Shown here: positions 1-5,919 of the stretch, piece after piece
Layout of the letters: each line of letters opens with the position of its first letter
Position numbering within the stretch: the first letter of the stretch is position 1
From: Fonticula alba ATCC 38817
Taxonomy: Eukaryota > Protista > Nucleariida
NCBI GenBank assembly: GCA_000388065.2
Contig: KB932204.1
Strand: one strand, 5' to 3'
DNA: 8,418 nt
Translations under genes and position numbers: made by a program
Notes under the pieces: generated by a model
Told to the model about the DNA's origin: nothing
Databases searched by the model: none
The model's input: only the letters and a program-made list of their open reading frames with translations

Positions 1-28
1 CCTCCACTTGCCGCCCGTTCATTCGCAG
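1..28 (+). other. Probable 3' end of an upstream intron of the BZW/5MP gene (acceptor CAG at 26-28)
   Basis: Pyrimidine-rich cctccacttgccgcccgttcattcgcag ends in CGCAG, like the acceptors at 400 and 1137, and family similarity begins right after it (LAG at 29). Confidence 0.6.
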
Positions 29-1887
29 CTTGCCGGCCATCGTGATCGTCGTCGCAAAAAGGACATCCGCGCGCGCTTTGACCCCGAGCAGTTCCAGGAA
101 CTGCTCCTGGGCGTCATCAAGGGCTGCGTCAGCGCGGTCCCGCCTGAGTCGGTCACCGTCTCTTCCTTCGACAAGGATGCTCTGATGCGCACCTTCAACT
201 CCAATGCGGACCGTCTCCAGTTTGAGCAGTCCAGCTCGGTGTTCCTCGAGATTCTCTTTGTCGGTGGGATCCTCGGTACGTGTGCCCTTGCCTGTCGCCC
301 TCCCCGCCCTGGGTGCTTTGCTTCTCATGTGCTGACTCATTTTGCCTGGCTTCCTCTCTCGCCGCCGCTCTCTCTTTCTCTCCCTCCCCTGTCGCCGCAG
401 ACGCTGGTGGTAACTTCGAGTTCCCCGCCATTGGCAAGAGCCCCCTTTCGGTGATCGCTTGCGCTGATGATAAGGAGATCCGCCATATGGTCGACATTTT
501 CCTGACCATCATCGCGCGCTACCGGTGCGTATATCCCCCTCCGCCTGCGCGCCCTCGGCCACCCTTCCACACAAGCCCTTGCTGACCTCCGTCTCTCTCT
601 CTCTCTCCCCCCCATCCCCTCCTTCTCCATTTGCTGCCCCCTCCCCCCGCTGGCGCCCCTCGTGCTCTTCAGCTACATGCAGGACACCCTCAAGGAGACT
701 GTTGAGCGCCTCCTCTCGCTGCTGATCGGTCTCCAGGCCAATCTGACGCCCGAGCAGATTTCCAAGCTGGTGACCGCCTTTGCCATGCTCTGCTCGTCCA
801 TGCGCGTGCCGGTGTCCGCCCTGTCGGCCCTGCTCAAGGGCTACCTGGTGAAGGATGGCATTGCCCTCAAGTATCTGACCGCCATCCTGAAGACCATGTC
901 CACCCTGCCGGCTGAGTCGGCCGAGCGCGAGGCCTCCGGCATCGATGCCCTGACCCTCTCCCTGCGTCGCAGTGACCTGGATACCAAGGTGCGCCCGGAT
1001 GCATTCTGCCCTCCCTTCCGCCCCCCCCCCCNNNNNNNNNNNNNNNNNNNNNNNNNNNNNNNNNNNNNNNNNNNNNNNNNNNNNNNNNNNNNNNNNNNNN
1101 NNNNNNCCCCCCCCTGCCGCTCCCTTCCCCATCGCAGCTGCTCGAGTTCTTCCCGGAGAACCGCCGCACCTATGCCGAGCTGAAGTCCCACTTCGCCGCG
1201 CACAACCTGTCCGAGGTCCGTGCACACACACGCACACTGCCCCGCTCGCTTTGTGGGGTCCCATCTCCCGCCCTCCTTCTTACACCCCTTCCTGGACCTG
1301 GGTCCCACCCACTCGCGCGTTTGCAGATCACTCGCCACTACCTGCGTGTGCAGCAGCGCCGCAAGCGCGAGGAGCTCCAGGCCCGCCTGGAGGCCAACCT
1401 CCGCTCCGAGTCGCCGGTGCTGGCCGAGTGCGCCAACATCATCAAGAGCTACATGCCGACGGCCGGTGGCACCAACGAGGACAGCCTCTCGGAGACCGAC
1501 GTCACGCTGGTTGTCTGGAACGCCATCATGCGCTCGGTCACCTGGTCCAGCAAGTCGGATCTCTACGAGAAGCAGGCTCTGCGCCAGGTCAAGACCAACG
1601 GCAAGCTCCTGGCCTTCTGCACCCGGAGCCCCACCTCGGAGCTGGCTCTGATGAATGCCGTGCAGATGTTCTGCCATGAGGACCAGCGCTTCGTGCGGAT
1701 CTTCCCCCAGCTGGTGGCCATCCTCTACAATGAGGACGCCGTCAGCTCCGAGGCCATCCGCTACTGGTATGACAAGGGCGCCGTCAACAAGGGCCGCGAG
1801 GGCTTCCGCAAGCAGGTCGACACTCTGCTGAAGCAGATCGAGTCGGCCGAGGAGGACAGCGACGACGAGGAGTCCGACTCCGAGTAA
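29..1887 (+). CDS. BZW: eIF5-mimic protein (BZW1/BZW2/5MP family; C-terminal W2 domain), 5'-partial, spliced: join(29..275,401..524,673..988,1138..1215,1327..1887)
   Basis: Exons total 1326 nt = 441 aa + TAA (1885-1887); all four junctions are GT..AG and preserve frame. The spliced protein matches BZW landmarks as I recall them: LAGHRDRRRKKDIRARFDPEQFQ (cf. [23 protein letters not shown]), FLEILFVGGIL, RYRYMQDTL (cf. RRYKYLEK), LLEFFPENRR (cf. LMELFPANKQ), VWNAIMRSVTWSSK, and a W2 end ILYNEDAVSSEAIRYWY...SAEEDSDDEESDSE*. The start codon is not resolved inside the window. Confidence 0.92.
276..400 (+). other. Spliceosomal intron (BZW, phase 1, 125 nt)
   Basis: G|GTACGT ... CTGAC (332-336) ... 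pyrimidine tract ... CGCAG|AC; joins IL-D-AGGNF across the frame change. Confidence 0.9.
525..672 (+). other. Spliceosomal intron (BZW, phase 2, 148 nt)
   Basis: CG|GTGCGT ... CTGAC (582-586) ... TTCAG|C; restores RYRYMQD. Confidence 0.9.
989..1137 (+). other. Spliceosomal intron (BZW, phase 0) containing the assembly gap
   Basis: AAG|GTGCGC ... poly-C / N gap ... CGCAG|CTG; joins DLDTK to LLEFFP. True length is unknown because of the gap. Confidence 0.85.
1032..1106. other. Assembly gap (75 N) flanked by poly-C
   Basis: N run between C11 (1021-1031) and C8 (1107-1114). Confidence 0.99.
1216..1326 (+). other. Spliceosomal intron (BZW, phase 0, 111 nt)
   Basis: GAG|GTCCGT ... TGCAG|ATC; joins HNLSE to ITRHYL; no internal AG. 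Confidence 0.9.
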
Positions 1888-1984
1888 GTTGCCGATCTCC
1901 CTTCCTCTCTTGCTCCTTTTCTCCCTCTCCCCCCGCTCTCCTTTTCTCGCTCTCCGTCTCCCCGCTTCGGTTTTTTCGGGTTTT

Positions 1985-2004
1985 CCCCCCCCCCCCCCCC
2001 CCCC
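1985..2004. repeat. C20 homopolymer
   Basis: Direct reading, within the pyrimidine-rich stretch downstream of the BZW stop. Confidence 0.95.
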
Positions 2005-2100
2005 GATGCTGGCAACAGCGCGCAGCGTGCGAGGGTGAGAGTGCGCGCGGGTGTAAGGGTGAGAGAGAAAACGAGCTCGTCAGAGGAGGCGAGGTCGCGG

Positions 2101-2132
2101 GCGTGTGTGCGCGCGCGCGCGCGCGCGTGTGC
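2101..2132. repeat. Compound (GT)n(GC)9(GT)n alternating purine-pyrimidine tract
   Basis: gcgtgtgtgcgcgcgcgcgcgcgcgcgtgtgc; (GC)9 core at 2109-2126. Confidence 0.9.
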
Positions 2133-2448
2133 CCTGCCTTTCTTCCCCCTCTCCCTTGGGGGGGCTTGCTCTGGCTCCTGATACGCGGTGTCCCTCTCCC
2201 ACCTCCGCCGCCCCCTTTGCTCTTCCTCTCCCTCCTGGCGTGTGCGCGCTTGCCCCGCCCGCGCGCGCGTGTGCTGTCTCGTTTCTTCCTTGTTCTCCTC
2301 CCCGCGCGTGTGCGCGCATCGTCGCCGCGTCCTCCCCCCCCCACCCTCCCCTTCAGTCCTTGTCAAGCCCCCTTCCTTGAATTCTACACCCTGTATTATT
2401 TGTGCAAGTAGTGATCGGGCGGGGGAGGCGCATTCCCGCATGCATGCA

Positions 2449-2702
2449 TGTGTGTGTGTGTGTGTACTGCCCTCCCCTGCCTCGCCGCTCTTCCCCCTCC
2501 TCCCCCCCTTTTGCGAGAAGGCTGCTTGTGCCACACTGTTGCAGTCAATACATCCTCGCCTGTGTGATTGCTCGTGTGGGATTGTTCGTGTGTGTGTGTG
2601 TGTGTGTGTGTGAGAGTGGCTGATAGGGGGGCAGGGGGTTGAGCAGGCTGACTGCCCGGCGTCGCAGGCTCCTGTGAAATGCACACACACAGAGAGAGAG
2701 AG
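2449..2702. repeat. Cluster of dinucleotide microsatellites: (TG)8 2449-2464, (TG)12 2589-2612, (CA)5(GA)n 2682-2702
   Basis: Direct reading of the sequence. Confidence 0.9.
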
Positions 2703-3270
2703 ATCTTCCCCCTCCTTCTCGGCGTTGGGCCCGCCTTGCGCGAACCAAACGAGTGCGGCCCATGATCACGTACTAATCATGCCCTGTCAGGGGCCTAATC
2801 ATGCACCGGAAGTGGGTGGTGCGGGCTGGTCTGGGGCCTTTGGGGGGGGGTCGAGCCCCAAGACCAAGGGTCATCGTCATGGTTCCCGGCCCATTGACGA
2901 GCCGCAGTGGGCCCGCGACAGGGTCTTGTCCCGACGGCGTGTCCGACCCCGGCCCGGGGGCGATTCCCAAGCCCCGGGACAGGCCGAGGGGATGCTCAGG
3001 CCCTCCTTTCTCGGCGCACGGCCGCCAGCAGCCCTTCGTTTATCCCCCCGGCCATTCGCCGACAACCCTCTTCTGTACCTCCCACAAGGGAGCAGGGTCT
3101 GGCCGCTGCCCTCGGCATATTTTGGCGGGCTGCCCAACGTATACTCGGCACATGTGTATCCCCCCTTTGCAATGTTGATCCGGATTAACCCAATGCTTAA
3201 CCGACATGTAACCACAGGGGGGATGGGGGAGCCTGAAGGGGCTGCCACTCACTTGGAGGAGAGGATTCGT

Positions 3271-3292
3271 CCCCCCCCCCCCCCCCCCCCCC
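3271..3292. repeat. C22 homopolymer
   Basis: Direct reading. Confidence 0.95.
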
Positions 3293-3318
3293 GCCCCGAT
3301 CGAGAAGAGGTGTGCCTT

Positions 3319-3324
3319 TTTATT
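3319..3324 (-). promoter_or_regulatory. Candidate polyadenylation signal AATAAA for the CLU-domain gene
   Basis: The minus strand reads GGAAATAAAAAGG about 93 nt downstream of the TGA at 3419-3417. Whether this lineage uses AATAAA is unknown. Confidence 0.4.
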
Positions 3325-3416
3325 TCCCCATAGCGGTCGGGCCTCCGGGCAAGAGAAAAAAAAGGGACTCCCATGCACACACGCACAGTGTGGCATACAC
3401 AGACACACACCTGCTC

Positions 3417-5870
3417 TCACGACCCGTCAGCCGCCACACCGACCGTGGTGGCGCCCACCAGTCGAAAGAGCATGCGCAGCTCGCGCAGGGCCCGGGCCGG
3501 GGCCGCTGGCAGGGTCTCATCCACGGCGCCGGGGGCCGAGTGCCCGGCCGAGGGGGCCAGCACTGCCGGCAAGCAGGCCACCCGGTCCAGGCGGCTGTTG
3601 ATGAAGGCCAGAGGGCCCTCCTCGTGAAGGTCGCGCAGGAGGCTGTCCACGGCGGCCGTCGGCCAGGCGACACACCGGCCACTGATGTTCAGGCAGCCGG
3701 GCCCGGCACCGCAGCCAGTGCGCCAGCTCCGCGAGGAGCATAGCCACGCGGGGGGGTGCGCCAGCAGGGTGGTCGCCGAGGCCAGACCAGTGCCACTGCC
3801 GGCGCCGGCCGCGGCTCCGGGCCCACCATCGAGAGAGCCCTCGACCTGCACCCGACGCAGGGTAACCAAGCACCGAACGACCTCCAGGAGGTGGCGCTTC
3901 CAGGTGAGTGACTGGGCGCCAGGGTCCGAGGGGGGCCCGGCCGCCTCGGCCGCAGCCCACGCAGTCAGCGCATCCTCGGAGTGCCCGCGCGGGGGGAGAT
4001 TCCCACCGGCGGCTCCCGGGCCGCTGGCCGTGTCCCGGCCGGTGGTCAGCAATTGGTATGCCCGGTCCAGGCGCGACACGGCCAGCGCCAGACGCCGTGC
4101 CCCCTCGGACGAGCGGGCCAGGCTCAGGACCGCCGCCGGGGCCGGCCAGCCGGCCTCCAGGAAATCAAAGCCCGACACTTGGGCCGTCAGGATGAACCCC
4201 GATGCCAGGCCCACCACCAAGTCCCCGATGCGTTGGGAATGCAGCTGCTGCGGCGACAGGGGGGTCTGATAGAGGGTCTGGAAGTGTCGAAGCCCGTCGA
4301 CCGCCGCATGCTTGGCCCGAGCCACCAGGCGCTCGGACGAGGGGTCCGGCCCCTGGGTTGAGCTGCCCGCCGCCGCCGCGGCTGGCCGCCGCTGCTGCTG
4401 CTGCTGCTGCTCTTCCTGGCGGCGAGTGTCCCGCGCCCAGTGGAGGAGCGACCGCGCGTGGCTGATGGCCAATTCGGCCTGCTGCTCGAGAGCCTCCAGG
4501 TCGGCATCGGCCCCAGCCGGGTCGAGGGCGCGCGCAAAGTGCCCGCACGCCTCCGCATGCCGGCCCACTGCTGCCAAGGCCGTGGCACTCACTTGGGCCA
4601 GCTGCCCGCGCAGGGCCTGGCCCGCCGGGCCGACGGGCGCCAGCAGCGTGTCGGCCACGCGCTGGCTGGCCAGATGCGCGGCCAGGAACCGCGGCCCAGG
4701 GCGAAGCTGATCCTCGGCCAGCTCCGCCGGCTGCACCAGCGGCGGCAGGGCCCCCGGCCTGGCATCGGCGCCTCGCTGCTTGCCTTCCTCGTGGCTGGCT
4801 TGCTCGGAGTCCTCGGGGCCGGCGGCCGCCTGGGCCAGCAATGCGGCCACGCGTGCCCGACGGTCATACTCGGCCGCCGCGAGGAAAACCCCGGCCGCCG
4901 ATGCATGGACCTGGAAGAGCAGCGCATGCGGGGCCGGGTCCAGGGCGGCGTCCTTGGCCCGGACCGGGCGCACGGCCCACTCGCGCTCGACCAGCCGCAA
5001 TGCGGTGGCATACACCCGGCCAACTTGGCCCTGGGCCCACGTTTCGGCTCCCAGGGGACCATCGGCCTCGGGACCGGCGGCAGCCATGGCACGCCACTCG
5101 TCCTCGGGCGGAAGGCGGAAGTCCCCGGCCAGCAGCTCATCGCGCAGACAGTCCATCAGTGCGCAGGCCGCCGGGATGAATGCCGCACAGGGGCCCGAGC
5201 CGAGGGGCAGGCTCGGGGCCAGGAGCCGGTCTTCCGCCTGGGCCGAGCGGCCAGGCTCACCCGTGTCCCGGGTGGCCGGGTCGAGGGCCGCCCCGCTGAG
5301 GGCCAGCGCCGCGCCGAGGGCCGCGCGGGCCAGGAACCCGCCGGAATCCGGCCGACCGCTGGCGGCCAGCGCGCGCGCCATGCGCACCAGGCTCGGCCCG
5401 GTCAGAGCCCGGCGTCGAGCATGCAGGTCGAAGGCCCCGGCTGCCAGGGTGTCCGTCACCAGCCAGTGGGCACAGGCCCGCTCGGTGAGGAGGTCCCCGC
5501 TGGCGGAGCCAGCCCCGGGGGCATCATGCTCGGTGCCCGGGACCGGGGTGACCAGCCGGCTGAGAGGCTTGGCCCGGACTGTGAAGCCGGCGATGTCGGC
5601 CGATTGAAGGACCGGGGTGCCGGTGCCGCTGAGGGCCCCGGGGCGCAGGGAGAACTGGCACACTCGGGCCAGGGCCAGGGCCAGGGCTCGCGGGCACAGC
5701 TGATCCCGGGCCAGGGAGGCCCGGCGCGATGCGCGCTCCGCGAACAGCACCCCTGCATCGGGGAATAGCAGGCACAGCAGGGGAATGACCTTGCGCTTGT
5801 AGAATCGATCGCTTGCGGGGTTCTTCACGAGCATCTGGCCACATGGAGAGGCGACAGGGTGTGTGTGTGC

Positions 5871-5919
<49 letters not shown>

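Noticed and set aside
841-1677. Minus-strand 278-aa ORF over the BZW gene, and the 1761..2690 ORF
   Set aside because: The first is antisense to well-supported exons and runs through the N gap; the second is a translation of low-complexity repeats.
1884-2018. GTAAGT overlapping the BZW stop plus pyrimidine tract and CAG at 2016-2018, as a stop-removing intron (similarly GTGAGA at the CLU stop)
   Set aside because: The acidic tail is the normal W2-protein end, local donors have C at +4 rather than A, and splicing would add about 50 low-complexity Arg-rich residues. Junction reads would settle it.
2761-2804. Resemblance of the minus strand (GATTAG-GCCCCTG) to U6 snRNA
   Set aside because: There is no ACAGAGA box, the catalytic AGC triad context is missing, and nothing matches on either side.
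2786-2880. Possible minus-strand C/D snoRNA (ACGATGA ... CTGA)
   Set aside because: Box C is imperfect, the terminal stem is unconvincing, and I could not identify an rRNA or snRNA target.
3060-3100. GGAGCAGG as the SRP RNA helix 8 motif
   Set aside because: The GNRA tetraloop and matching 5' strand are absent; the local loop is ACAA.
3186-3200. TAACCCAAT as RNase P CR-V or as a telomerase template
   Set aside because: The following bases do not fit the CR-V pattern, no P4 partner is present on the + strand, and it is not a 1.5-unit telomeric repeat.
2674-3333. ORFs in the intergenic island (2674..3333, 2801..3178, 2877..3248) as a hidden protein gene
   Set aside because: They have no recognisable domain, are Pro/Gly/Arg-rich as expected for random GC-rich DNA, and run through microsatellite or poly-C. 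A small gene cannot be fully excluded without expression data.
4440-5768. Long + strand ORFs antisense to the CLU gene (4440..5768, 442 aa; 4780..5607; also 6716..7846, 376 aa)
   Set aside because: They have no recognisable motifs. They are shadow ORFs expected from very high GC and stop-codon scarcity opposite a coding strand.
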